DNA from: Candidatus Sumerlaea chitinivorans
Lineage (GTDB): Bacteria; Sumerlaeota; Sumerlaeia; Sumerlaeales; Sumerlaeaceae
Length of the DNA stretch: 64,000 bases
Reading direction: 5' to 3'
NCBI GenBank assembly: GCA_003290465.1
Contig: CP030759.1
Location: 2,180,572 to 2,244,571, forward strand
A model generated the notes under the pieces. The model worked only from the letters and a program-made list of their open reading frames with translations. It ran no database searches and had not been told where the DNA came from. This document shows positions 28,639 through 38,299 of the stretch, piece after piece. A program made the position numbers and the translations under genes. Within the stretch, counting starts at the first letter, position 1; each line of letters begins with the position of its first letter.

Positions 28639-30039
28639 TTACTTCTGCACCAACATCTGCGGCAGATTTTCAAGCGACTGCATGGGGATGCCCCGCGTGC
28701 GGCAGAACTCGAAAATCTGAAGAATTAAGAGGTACTCCAACGTTGCGCGGTCCGCTTCGTCTCGGTAGTAAACTCGCACGCTTTGGGGCAGCAAAGCCTG
28801 AAACAGATCCGCACGCGAAGGGATACGCGCCTGTTCCAAGTCCGGTTGCTGAAACATATCGAACTGGACACCAAAGCGCCGCCGATCGCTCAGATCGCGC
28901 TCAAGTTGCAGGCACTTCTCATGCCAGAATTCAAGCACCTCGCGCACCACATGAAGCGTCCACCCAAGGCCACTCTCGTCGTAGTCCACCTCGATCGGCG
29001 CGTACACGTTTGCGTCGTCGGCCTGCAGGCGTTTGCGAACGTCCATCGCCTCGGTCACTGAGAATTTCCACATTCGAAGCCGTGCTTCAGGCGAAGAAAA
29101 CGCATCCGCCTGCACGCGCACCGAAAACTTCGCCTGACTGAGCATAAACAGCTCAAAAACGAAATTCCCAAACTGCTGACGCGCATCCGCCGTCATAAGC
29201 GCAAAGAAAGCGCTTTCGCGTTCCGACCACACTAAAAAGTCAATTTGATAACTTTCATAGACCTCGGCAGACGCTTGATGCAACCAAGCCACGCCATCAA
29301 AAGGTTCACTGGCTTTCGTTTTCTTTCGCCGCATGCTTTTGCGCCACGCCAAGAAGTTCGAGCGCAACCGGAGGTCTTCGTCACTTAGGCCAAAATACTG
29401 ATCGAAAAGGAACAGGAGAACCGTCTTTTGCAAGATGGTTTGGACGAAACGTGGCTCGCTATCCAAACGTGCCCCAACCGCCACTCGCCACAGCTCCAGC
29501 CATCGCAAGAACTCCTCCGCGCGCTGGATCTGACTTTTCCTTGGGAGTTCATCCCAGCACCGACGGATGTCCTGCCGCTGCGCAAGAGGCTCCAGCAGCA
29601 ACCCCTCCAGCTCTTCCAATTCGGTGCCCCACCGCAAAATATCTTCGGTTGCCAAGTCGAACAGGTAAAAGCGGTCGCTTCCCACGAACAGGAGATAGGG
29701 AAAATCGCAATGCGCCTGCAGGAGTAACAAAACCTCGGCCACGAAAGCGTTTTTGTCCACGTAGCTTTCGAAAAGTTCTTTGAAGTCCGGGAGAGCCCCC
29801 GCTGCTGCAGTGAAAACGAGCGCAAAAGGCTTTACGCCGACTGAGGGTTGCGACGCCACCATCGGCGGATACCCTTTTGCCCCCAACTTCACCACACTGC
29901 TGAGTTCCTGCGCTGCTCGGCTTTTCTCGTCCCCTTGTGGACGAATCGCCACCAACTGCAAGTCCAGCTCCCCCGCTGGCGTACTTGCTGCAGCGCGCTT
30001 CTCCTCGATCAGTCTCCAAAATCGCTCGTACAGGTTCAT
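28639..30039 (-). CDS. Hypothetical protein, 466 aa, no recognisable domain
   Basis: It is a long ORF with genome-typical codon usage. I recognise no motifs. It is divergent from the GT2 operon and convergent with oppC. Confidence 0.55.
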   Translation of the reverse strand: MNLYERFWRLIEEKRAAASTPAGELDLQLVAIRPQGDEKSRAAQELSSVVKLGAKGYPPMVASQPSVGVKPFALVFTAAAGALPDFKELFESYVDKNAFVAEVLLLLQAHCDFPYLLFVGSDRFYLFDLATEDILRWGTELEELEGLLLEPLAQRQDIRRCWDELPRKSQIQRAEEFLRWLELWRVAVGARLDSEPRFVQTILQKTVLLFLFDQYFGLSDEDLRLRSNFLAWRKSMRRKKTKASEPFDGVAWLHQASAEVYESYQIDFLVWSERESAFFALMTADARQQFGNFVFELFMLSQAKFSVRVQADAFSSPEARLRMWKFSVTEAMDVRKRLQADDANVYAPIEVDYDESGLGWTLHVVREVLEFWHEKCLQLERDLSDRRRFGVQFDMFQQPDLEQARIPSRADLFQALLPQSVRVYYRDEADRATLEYLLILQIFEFCRTRGIPMQSLENLPQMLVQK

Positions 30040-30165
30040 TCAGCCGTCGCTTGGTCGTACGCTTCTTCCGTGATGTGGATTACGCACACAAGTGCAAAAG
30101 AGGGCAAGAGCAATGTTGCATCCACGATTGACGCCCGCGGATGGCCTAAGGCAAGAAATCTCTTC

Positions 30166-31065
30166 GTGAGCGAACAATCGACAGAGAGAGCGGCGCCCGC
30201 CGTCAGCATTGTCTTGCCGGCGTACAACGAAGAAGAAGCTGTGGGCAAGGTGATTGCTGACGTCAAGCGCACCATGGACGCCACTGACTACTCCTATGAG
30301 ATTCTTGTGGTAGACGACTGCAGCACGGACCGCACGGCCCAAGTGGCCGAACAAGCAGGTGCGCGGGTGATCCGTCATTCCATAAACCGCGGCAGCGGGG
30401 CCGCCCGCCGAACGGGTATTCGTGCCGCCCGCGGCGAGATTATTGTCATGCTCGACGCCGATGGCACCTACGATGCCGCAAGTATCCCAAAGCTTCTCGA
30501 GTGGTTTCCCGAATACGATCAGGTGAACGGCGCACGCACGAGCGAGCAAGGCACGCTCAAACCCCTGCGTATCCTTGCAAAAGAGTTCATACGCCGACTT
30601 GCAGAGTACCTCGCCGGAACGCAAATCCCCGATCTCAACACCGGCCTCAAAGCTTTCAAGCGCTCCGTGATGCTGCGGTATCTCTGGGTGCTGCCCGACG
30701 GATTCTCCTGTGTCACGACGATGACGCTTGCCTTTCTCACCAACGGCTACCGCGTGAAGTACATTCCTACACCGTATTATCCGCGCATCGGGAAATCGAA
30801 ATTTCATCCGCTCACGGACACCGCCAACTACCTTGCGACCGTGGTGCGCATGATTACCTACTTTCGCCCCCTGCGCGTTTACGGCCCCCTCGCGGGCATA
30901 TTGCTGGGGACAGGAATTTTAAAAAGTGCCTACGACCTGCTTCGCCCCCAAAAACACTCTCTTGAAGAATCGGACATCATTCTCGTTGCAGCCGGCATCC
31001 TCATCGGCGCCATTGGTTTGCTCGCGGACCTGATTGTGGCTCAACGGAGGAATGATGCTGAATGA
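30166..31065 (+). CDS. GT2 polyprenol-phosphate sugar synthase (DPM1/GtrB/ArnC-like) with C-terminal TM helices
   Basis: From GTG 30166, VSIVLPAYNEE lies 10 aa from the start, as in GtrB. VVDDCSTDRT and MLDADGTYD (DxD) are present, and two C-terminal TM helices follow. An alternative ATG is at 30073. Confidence 0.8.
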   Translation: MSEQSTERAAPAVSIVLPAYNEEEAVGKVIADVKRTMDATDYSYEILVVDDCSTDRTAQVAEQAGARVIRHSINRGSGAARRTGIRAARGEIIVMLDADGTYDAASIPKLLEWFPEYDQVNGARTSEQGTLKPLRILAKEFIRRLAEYLAGTQIPDLNTGLKAFKRSVMLRYLWVLPDGFSCVTTMTLAFLTNGYRVKYIPTPYYPRIGKSKFHPLTDTANYLATVVRMITYFRPLRVYGPLAGILLGTGILKSAYDLLRPQKHSLEESDIILVAAGILIGAIGLLADLIVAQRRNDAE

Positions 31066-32723
31066 GTAGTTCATCAGAAACTTTGCGTCGGCGCTACACG
31101 GACGAGGCTTTCACCTACCTGCCCCGCTTATTCCAAATGGTGGACCGCAACCGCTACAGCCCCACCTACGGCAGCTTCGACCGCTCCTATTGGCACTACC
31201 GCACGATGGACTTTCCTTGTGGGATGTACCAGGAGTTCACGTTGCCACTTGCGCTGGCCTATGCCCACCCGTTTCCGGACAATCCCTATTACGGCGTGGA
31301 GCGAGTCCGTGAGCTCGCTCTTGCAGGCGTGGATTTTGCACGGCGCAGCTCGCATCCCGACGGAACGTGCGACGACTATTTCCCCTTCGAGCGCGCCCTC
31401 GGTGCGATGGTCTTTTCGCTCTATGCGTGCACGGAAACAGTAATTGTCCTCGATGAAAAACGGCCCGAGTTTCTGGAGTTTTTCGAGCGGCGCGCACATT
31501 ACCTTGCCCACCACAACGAAACAGGTCAGCTTACAAATCACCAAGCACTTGCCGCCCTCGCTCTCTACAATGTTTACCTACTCACGGGCAACGAACAGTG
31601 GCGCAAAGCTTCGGACGCTTATCTTGACATCGTTCGCGCTTGGCAATCCGACGAGGGATGGTTCCAAGAATACGAGGGAGCCGATCCGGGCTACCATACC
31701 TGCACCATTGCGTTCCTCGCGAAGCTCTGGAAAAAAGCGCAGGACGAGCGCATCCTCGCGCTCCTGCATCCTGCCGTGGATTTCGCGTGGTACTTTATGC
31801 ATCACGACGGCAGCTACGCGGGAGAATACGGAAGCCGCAACACATACCATTTCTATCCCCACGGGTTCGAGGTGATGGCTCCCTTGAACCCAAGGGCGGC
31901 GCAAATCGCCGATCAGTTTCTGACCCACGCGCTTCCGCGTCGCACCCGCTACTTCAACGACGACGACCGGATGTGCGCCCACTACCTCTACGACTGGATG
32001 CAGGCTTACCTTGATTTTTCGCCGGTGCGCTCGAGCGAACCGCTCAATGCGCGCGCCCCATTCCAAAAGTACTTTCCCAAGGCACGGCTTTACGTGGAAT
32101 GCACACCCCAATACTACGCAGTGCTCAGCCTTGCGAAAGGCGGCGTGCTCAAGGTAACCACCGACCAAGGCCCGGCATACAGCGACACCGGACTCATCGG
32201 CGCCACTACCGACGGCAAAGTCCTCGTCTCGCATCTCGTGGACAACTACGAGGTCGAGGCGGACCTTGAAAATCATCGCTTCCGCGCGGCGGGGCGCCTG
32301 TGCCGACGACGAGCCAAACTGCCGACACCCTTCACCCAGATCCTCTTTCGCATTGTGAACCTTACCCTCGGGCGGTTTGCCCCGAATCTGCTGCGTGCGC
32401 TTCTTCAGAAAATTCTGATTACCGGGAAACCGCGCACCGACTACACCTTCGAGCGCTCTTTTGAGTTCGCTCCTGACCGGATTCGTATCCGCAATGTGGT
32501 GCGACGACCAGCGGGCGCTGCTGGTTTCACCTCAATCCACGTGGCAAGCGATGCGACCTCCATCTACGTTGCGAATAGCAATGTCTATCAGCGGAGCGTC
32601 CTGTTGCCATGGCGCGAGCTCCGGGCCCTCTGTGATCAAGTGAACCAGACAGGTGCCGGAGAGGAATGGATTGACGTCATGCCCAGCACCTCACCCATTG
32701 CCCAAGGGGAGAAACCGGCGTGA
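31062..32723 (+). CDS. Hypothetical 553-aa soluble protein (possibly alpha/alpha-barrel glycan-modifying enzyme)
   Basis: ATGA overlap with the upstream GT2 gene and a 4-bp overlap with the downstream gene. It is rich in W, Y and H. I recognise no specific family. Confidence 0.5.
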   Translation: MSSSSETLRRRYTDEAFTYLPRLFQMVDRNRYSPTYGSFDRSYWHYRTMDFPCGMYQEFTLPLALAYAHPFPDNPYYGVERVRELALAGVDFARRSSHPDGTCDDYFPFERALGAMVFSLYACTETVIVLDEKRPEFLEFFERRAHYLAHHNETGQLTNHQALAALALYNVYLLTGNEQWRKASDAYLDIVRAWQSDEGWFQEYEGADPGYHTCTIAFLAKLWKKAQDERILALLHPAVDFAWYFMHHDGSYAGEYGSRNTYHFYPHGFEVMAPLNPRAAQIADQFLTHALPRRTRYFNDDDRMCAHYLYDWMQAYLDFSPVRSSEPLNARAPFQKYFPKARLYVECTPQYYAVLSLAKGGVLKVTTDQGPAYSDTGLIGATTDGKVLVSHLVDNYEVEADLENHRFRAAGRLCRRRAKLPTPFTQILFRIVNLTLGRFAPNLLRALLQKILITGKPRTDYTFERSFEFAPDRIRIRNVVRRPAGAAGFTSIHVASDATSIYVANSNVYQRSVLLPWRELRALCDQVNQTGAGEEWIDVMPSTSPIAQGEKPA

Positions 32724-33715
32724 AACGTGCGATCTCGCTTGTCCTCACGGTCGCCATCTTAGCCTTACTCTTTTGGAAGGTGGATCGCGCTGCGCTTCTG
32801 GCCAACTTGCGCGCCACCCGCTGGACGTGGTTTAGCCTCGCGATCTTCATGTTCGTTCCGCAGATTTGGGCGATTGCATGGCGATGGCGCCGCATGGTCG
32901 GCGTCTTTACCCCGATTTCGTGGGGCGAAGCCGTCGGCCTCATTTTGGCGAGCAACACGATGAATCTCATCCTGCCATCGAAACTCGGCGACCTGACAAA
33001 AGGCTACTTTTTGGCGCGCACGGGAGCCCTCGATCTCAAACGCGCTATGAACGTCGTCGTTTTTGAAAAAATGCTCGACGTAGCCACGCTCGCACTGGTC
33101 ATGCTGGGTGGGGTTAGCGTGCTTTTCGCGAGTGGAGCTGCCATGCCTGTCCAGCGTGGGGCTGCCGTTGTCGCAGGCCTTGCTGGCCTTGCAGCCGTGA
33201 GCGCCGTAGCGATCCTCTATTTCATTCCGCCCAGCGCTCTGCCCGGCTTTCACCGTCTTCTGACGTGGCTGAATGCGCGACCGCGATTTCGCAAAATCCA
33301 CAGCCTCCTCGAAGCGAGCCACGAAACAATTTCGCTGCTCCAAAGTCGCGGGGCTCGGCGAGGCCTCATCTGCGCGCTTTCTCTCCTGATATGGTTCTTC
33401 CACCTCGTGCAGATTTATTTCTTCTTTCTCAGCCTCAATGCGCAGCCGTTGCCCGTATTCCAGTTTGCTACCCTTGTTCCGCTTGCGATTTTCATCGGGC
33501 TCGTCCCCCTGACGGTGGCGGGTTTTGGCACGCGCGACGGCGCTCTAATCAGTTTCTTCCCACAGTTTCCCCCCAGCCTGATGCTCGGCGTCGCTCTCTA
33601 CGTGAACTTACGCTACATTGTCCCAGCGATCGCCGGTCTGCCTTATCTCAACCGATATCTCACTGCGGCACGGGCGCTACGCGCAGGTTCTCCGGGTGAG
33701 TCTGACTCGAAGTAG
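32720..33715 (+). CDS. Flippase-like membrane protein (LPG_synthase_TM / UPF0104 family, MprF N-domain-like)
   Basis: 331 aa with ~8 TM helices. The N-terminus LLFWKVDRAALLANLRATRWTWFSLAIFMF and the LILPSKLGDLTKGYFL motif are typical of this family. Confidence 0.65.
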   Translation: MKRAISLVLTVAILALLFWKVDRAALLANLRATRWTWFSLAIFMFVPQIWAIAWRWRRMVGVFTPISWGEAVGLILASNTMNLILPSKLGDLTKGYFLARTGALDLKRAMNVVVFEKMLDVATLALVMLGGVSVLFASGAAMPVQRGAAVVAGLAGLAAVSAVAILYFIPPSALPGFHRLLTWLNARPRFRKIHSLLEASHETISLLQSRGARRGLICALSLLIWFFHLVQIYFFFLSLNAQPLPVFQFATLVPLAIFIGLVPLTVAGFGTRDGALISFFPQFPPSLMLGVALYVNLRYIVPAIAGLPYLNRYLTAARALRAGSPGESDSK

Positions 33716-33719
33716 CTCG

Positions 33720-35408
33720 ATGCAACCACCGAAAACAAAAGGGCAAACATTTGCATTTGCGAATTCCGCGAGACAAGTTCCCCCTGAAGCACGCAGGACT
33801 TCGACCGTGAACCGACTCACACGTGCAGAAATTTGTCTGTTCGCTCTGCTTTGGGCGACCTTTGCCTATTTCCAGCACCGCGAGGCCGGCTGGAACGTGA
33901 ACTCGCGTCTTGCCCTGACCTACGCGATCGTGGAGCGTCAGACCCTCCGCATTGACGATTACTGGAACACGCCGGGCTACGAAACTCACGACGTTGCAGT
34001 TTTCAACGGGCACTTTTATTCTGATAAGAGCATCGGCACGAGCTTGCTTGGTATCCCTGCCTTCGCCGTGGTGCACGCGATCGAGCTCGTGCGCGGGGCG
34101 GCCTTCTCTCCATTCACACGACGGCATCTCGTCACCCTTTTCTCGACGGCGCTACTCACCGCTGCGGCTGGTGTGCTCTTTCTTCGCCTCGCGCGGCGAT
34201 ATGTGGGCGGCACCTGTGGGAATTCTTCAAACTATCCCATCCTCCTCACCGTTGGAACCTTCGCCGGTACGATGCTCGCCCTGTACGCCAATCTCTTCAT
34301 GTCCTATGGGCCAGCGACCTTCTTCCTGCTTGCAGCATTACTCCTCATCGAGCGGACACGACGCGCCGAGCCTGCGCTCACAAGCAGGAACAACGAAACG
34401 GGGGCAGGGCTCTCCGCATCCCACGCCGCTCCCCCAAACACTTCCCCAGCGCCACCTGAGCCCGAGATTTCTGGGGCCTCTGAGCTCTCCTTGCCCACCC
34501 CGCATCGCGCTCGCACCAGCCTCTCGATTGGCTATTTACTGGGGTGGGCCATCCTGTGCGAGTATCTGGTTGGGTGGGCGGCCGTGCTCTTGACCTTCTA
34601 CTATTGGAGATCCGTACGCTGCAGCCTATCGCATCTCGCGTGGCTTGCGCTGGGCGGCGTGTTGGCGCTCGCCCCCTTCTTCCTGTACACACTTTCAATC
34701 TTTGGCCGCTTCGCTATTCCATACGAATATGAAATGGAGCCCATGTTTCGGGAGGCGATGGCGCGCGGTCTCATGGGCGCCACGTGGCCACGCCTCGATG
34801 TCCTCCTCCTCATCACGTTTCATCCGTACCGAGGACTGTTTGTGCAGTCCCCCCACCTGCTCCTTGGGGTCGTAGGCCTTGCTTGCTGGTGGCGGTGGGG
34901 AGCGCGCCTTCGCGCTGCCACCTGCGCCGCCATCGTGGTTGGCTATCTGCTCTACAATAGTGGCTACTATATGTGGTGGGGAGGCTGGAGTTTCGCCCCG
35001 CGCCATTTGGCGTTTGCTGTGCCCTTTTTGGGTCTTGCGTGCGCTCCGCTCGCGCTTTGGCGCCTTGGACGCGCCGTTGTGCTCGTGGCCGCATCATGGG
35101 GCATTCTGGTGCACACGCTTGTGAATGCCGTGGAACCTCAGTTCCCCGATCGCTGCTTTGGACTTCTCTCACTCAACCAACTTCTTTCGCCAGACCTCGC
35201 ACAGGTGGAATATCCGTGGATTTTTGGGCGCTACATTTGGAGGCTCTTCTGGCAAGGCCACCTCGAACCCAACCTCGGATCGCTGGTGGGCCTTCAAGGA
35301 CCCGCTTCGCTTCTCCCACTCATGCTTTTTTGGGCCGCGATGCTGGCGGTCACCCTAACGCTGGCACGAGGAACCGCTCTTACTTCTTCCCAACCGGTAA
35401 AACAATAA
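33720..35408 (+). CDS. GT-C fold polytopic membrane glycosyltransferase-like protein
   Basis: Start at ATG 33720 (MQPPKTKG); the ORF track extends upstream to 33618 across the previous gene. It has 11 or more TM helices. The first periplasmic loop carries HFYSDK, an acidic motif analogous to the DE/DD motif of the PMT/ArnT superfamily. Confidence 0.55.
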   Translation: MQPPKTKGQTFAFANSARQVPPEARRTSTVNRLTRAEICLFALLWATFAYFQHREAGWNVNSRLALTYAIVERQTLRIDDYWNTPGYETHDVAVFNGHFYSDKSIGTSLLGIPAFAVVHAIELVRGAAFSPFTRRHLVTLFSTALLTAAAGVLFLRLARRYVGGTCGNSSNYPILLTVGTFAGTMLALYANLFMSYGPATFFLLAALLLIERTRRAEPALTSRNNETGAGLSASHAAPPNTSPAPPEPEISGASELSLPTPHRARTSLSIGYLLGWAILCEYLVGWAAVLLTFYYWRSVRCSLSHLAWLALGGVLALAPFFLYTLSIFGRFAIPYEYEMEPMFREAMARGLMGATWPRLDVLLLITFHPYRGLFVQSPHLLLGVVGLACWWRWGARLRAATCAAIVVGYLLYNSGYYMWWGGWSFAPRHLAFAVPFLGLACAPLALWRLGRAVVLVAASWGILVHTLVNAVEPQFPDRCFGLLSLNQLLSPDLAQVEYPWIFGRYIWRLFWQGHLEPNLGSLVGLQGPASLLPLMLFWAAMLAVTLTLARGTALTSSQPVKQ

Positions 35409-37161
35409 CGTCACGGATCGCTGCGCCCACCGGTGCTGGCGAAGCATAAGGATAATACACGCGGCTTACCCGAAGTTCTAAAAGGTTCAGCCCTTCTTTT
35501 GTGAGCTTCGCCGGCACATCGAACCACGGCGCCTGCGCAAAAGTAAAATCTTTCGCCAGAATCACAATCTCACCGAATTTCGTCCCGTTGAGATATAAGC
35601 CCACCGTTGTGGGTTCGTACGGAAAATACTCGGAAGTGACTTCGACGCGGAGCCGAAGCGCGCTCGGCGCCGACAGGTTGAAAGCGATCCCAGCACGCGG
35701 CGGCATCGCCCAATTGCCATGCGGTTCCTGATACACAAACCCGTAGCGGAGAAACGGCGAAGTCGGGTCGTCTTTGAGCCGTATCACCCCGTTGGGCGGC
35801 AGGTTCACTGCGCTACTGACAGCAAGCGGTTCGCGCGTCGAAGCCCCGTACGTCAGGCAATGCAGGATCTGAGATTTTCGCCAGTTCCACGCGTTGGTTT
35901 CGCGAGTCATGCCCATGAGGATATTCCACGACTCATAATCGCGCGCCACCCCCAACCACTGAATGAAAGCGCTGAGGCCAAAGAGCGCAATGGGCAGCAC
36001 CGCGCGCCGCCAATTGGCGAGCAGGAAGTCGAAGAGCGGCGCAGCCCCCAGCAAGAGCAGGGCCGCGACGTCCAACATGTAGCGCGACCCGTAACAGTGG
36101 CCTCCAAACCAGCCGTAAAAAAAGCCGCGCATCAGAATGCCGACAAGCGCCGCGAGTGCCAGCGCCGCACGCCAGCGCTCCGTACGCCAATGAGCCAGAT
36201 TGCGCGGCAAGGCCACCATCGCAAGCAACAGGATGGGGGAGAACACAAACATGCCACGATTGGGCGAGAAGAGCGTCCCGAATAGGCGGCGCGGATACGC
36301 CGACCACGTCTCGGGGCCTAACGCTCGAAGCGACACGTACGTGCCAAGCGGTTTACCGCTTGTCGCCATATTGAAGGCCACCCATGCGCCTACCGCCAAT
36401 AGCGCTGCAGCTCCACCGAGGAGAAGTTCCCGTCGCGTGCGGATGAGGGCACCAACCGCGATCACGGCGATCACGGGCGCCAATGCTGGCCGACACCAAA
36501 ACGTGTAGGCCAAGAGCAGTCCCCCAAAAAGGAATGCCACAGGATGCCGACGTTCGCGATCCAGTAGACAGAGAGCAGCCAACATGGAAAACTGCGCGCC
36601 CGTGTGCTGCCACAAGCACCGGCTTGCCGTGCTCCACGAAGCCGTCGCAAGCGCAAGAGTGAAGCCAAGAAATAGGGCGGTCCTTCGCCGATATCGCCGG
36701 GCAAGAAACGACAGCATGGCCGCGCTTGCCGCAGTGAGAACGCTCGCCGCAAGCGAATCCAAGAAAACCACGTTCTCATCCGTCAGCTCCATGCCAAGCT
36801 GGCGAGCAATCCAGAAAAAGGGAGCACCGAGCAACGCCGCCCCCACCGGCGTATGCGCCCGCACCTTGCCGTCGGGCATGACCCGGAAACTGTAGAAGCG
36901 ATCGAGCCCAATGTTGAGCTCTGTAAAGTCGAGCGTTCCGCGCGTTGCCAGCAGGGCAGCACCAAACCGCAGCGGCTGATTATCCATGCTGCTTTGAATG
37001 AGCGGCTTATAGAGGTAAATCAGGAAGCACGCCACTCCCACCAGCAACGGGACCGGCGCGCGACGCAGCCACGCCCATGCCGCAGTGCATTGTTGCACTA
37101 AGCGTGCAACGAATGCTCCGAAACTTCTCGCGAAATCCGTCAAACGACTCAGCTTCGGCAT
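35380..37161 (-). CDS. GT-C fold polytopic membrane glycosyltransferase-like protein with C-terminal periplasmic beta-rich domain (paralog-like of 33720..35408)
   Basis: Multi-TM N-terminal 400 aa followed by a ~190-aa soluble C-terminal domain. It converges on the preceding gene with a 29-bp 3' overlap. Confidence 0.5.
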   Translation of the reverse strand: MPKLSRLTDFARSFGAFVARLVQQCTAAWAWLRRAPVPLLVGVACFLIYLYKPLIQSSMDNQPLRFGAALLATRGTLDFTELNIGLDRFYSFRVMPDGKVRAHTPVGAALLGAPFFWIARQLGMELTDENVVFLDSLAASVLTAASAAMLSFLARRYRRRTALFLGFTLALATASWSTASRCLWQHTGAQFSMLAALCLLDRERRHPVAFLFGGLLLAYTFWCRPALAPVIAVIAVGALIRTRRELLLGGAAALLAVGAWVAFNMATSGKPLGTYVSLRALGPETWSAYPRRLFGTLFSPNRGMFVFSPILLLAMVALPRNLAHWRTERWRAALALAALVGILMRGFFYGWFGGHCYGSRYMLDVAALLLLGAAPLFDFLLANWRRAVLPIALFGLSAFIQWLGVARDYESWNILMGMTRETNAWNWRKSQILHCLTYGASTREPLAVSSAVNLPPNGVIRLKDDPTSPFLRYGFVYQEPHGNWAMPPRAGIAFNLSAPSALRLRVEVTSEYFPYEPTTVGLYLNGTKFGEIVILAKDFTFAQAPWFDVPAKLTKEGLNLLELRVSRVYYPYASPAPVGAAIRDVIVLPVGKK

Positions 37162-37330
37162 GTGCTGAAGTCACTGAAACGAAGCCATTTCGTCCACTGG
37201 ATTTTGCAGCGAGCGTGCCTTTGCCACTTCGGCGGTCAGTCAGCGCGTTATTCCTGGTTGCCTGCGCCCCGCACACGTTGCGCGCGATCTCTGGAAACAG
37301 AACACATGAAGTGCGGTAATCACTTGGTAA

Positions 37331-37837
37331 ATGACGAAACCAAGCACATTCACGAATCGCGCGGCGCTTGTGCTTCTTTCCCACGGCTCGCTACTATGCG
37401 GAGCAGGGCAAGCACTCGACGAGCATGTCGGGCGATTGCGCAAAATGGGTGAGTGGCTTTGCGTGGAAGCCGGATTCCTGAACTATACCTCACCACACTT
37501 TCTTGAGGCGGTCCGACGTTGCGTCGAGCGCGGGGCCAAAATGATCGTCGTCCAGCCGTACTTCCTCGTCGCGGGCAAGTTTGTCACCGAAGACTTGCCG
37601 GAGCAGATCGCTCAGGCACGCGCGGAGTTTCCCGATCTCGAGTTTGTGATCGGAGAGCCAATCGGTTTTGATGCTATGCTTGCCGACGCGATCCTCGAGC
37701 TGGCGGCTCAACCCCGTCCGCCTCAGCAGTGGCGCGACGACCTCCTGCGCGCTCCGGACTACTGCACCCGGAATCCAGAGTGCCCCCTCTACGGCACCGA
37801 GCACTGTCCCGTCTCTCTCGCAGGAGGTCAGCGATGA
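37331..37837 (+). CDS. Small CbiX-type sirohydrochlorin chelatase with Cys-rich C-terminal tail
   Basis: LVLLSHGSLL, MIVVQPYFLVAGKFVTEDL and the overall CbiX(S) fold pattern. The C-terminal tail is CTRNPECPLYGTEHCP. Confidence 0.65.
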   Translation: MTKPSTFTNRAALVLLSHGSLLCGAGQALDEHVGRLRKMGEWLCVEAGFLNYTSPHFLEAVRRCVERGAKMIVVQPYFLVAGKFVTEDLPEQIAQARAEFPDLEFVIGEPIGFDAMLADAILELAAQPRPPQQWRDDLLRAPDYCTRNPECPLYGTEHCPVSLAGGQR

Positions 37838-38223
37838 AGCGTGCGCTTCTCCTTATGGTGCACGGTAGCCCGCGCCCGCAGTCCAACGATGTAGTGTTTC
37901 GCGTGGCGGAAGAGATTCGCGCGCGTCACATCTTTGATATCGTCACCGTGGGCTTTATGGAGTGCAACGAGCCCGACATTCCCACTGCGGTACGCGATTG
38001 CGTGGCTCAGGGTGCGCGGCAAATCATCGCCGTGCCATACTTTCTCCACACGGGCCGCCACGTAGCCGAGGACCTTCCAAGCATTCTGGAACAAGCCCGC
38101 GGCGACTATCCCGACATACGAATTTTAATGACGACCTATCTGGGGCGTTCCCAGACTCTCACGTCGTTGCTTGCCCGCCGCGCGAAAGAGGCGCTGGCGC
38201 AGCCGGCCCGCGATTGCAGTTGA
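37834..38223 (+). CDS. Small CbiX-type sirohydrochlorin chelatase (second copy)
   Basis: ATGA overlap with the previous gene. LLLMVHGSPRPQSNDV...IIAVPYFLHTGRHVAEDLP. Confidence 0.7.
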   Translation: MKRALLLMVHGSPRPQSNDVVFRVAEEIRARHIFDIVTVGFMECNEPDIPTAVRDCVAQGARQIIAVPYFLHTGRHVAEDLPSILEQARGDYPDIRILMTTYLGRSQTLTSLLARRAKEALAQPARDCS

Positions 38224-38299
38224 ATTCCCAAGCCCCTCAAATGTGAATGAAGGTTGATAGCGTGACTCGAGCACGCACGCGAAGAGAGGGAGTTGACCG

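Noticed and set aside
33618-33719. Upstream extension of the GT-C ORF overlapping the flippase-like gene by ~100 bp
   Set aside because: The extension is in-frame only because of the high GC content. ATG 33720, immediately after the upstream stop, gives a sensible gene boundary.
37200-37330. Possible cobalamin riboswitch upstream of cbiX (GCCACTT resembles the B12 box GCCACTG)
   Set aside because: Only a 6 of 7 nt match to the B12 box. I could not find the other conserved riboswitch elements, so this is insufficient.
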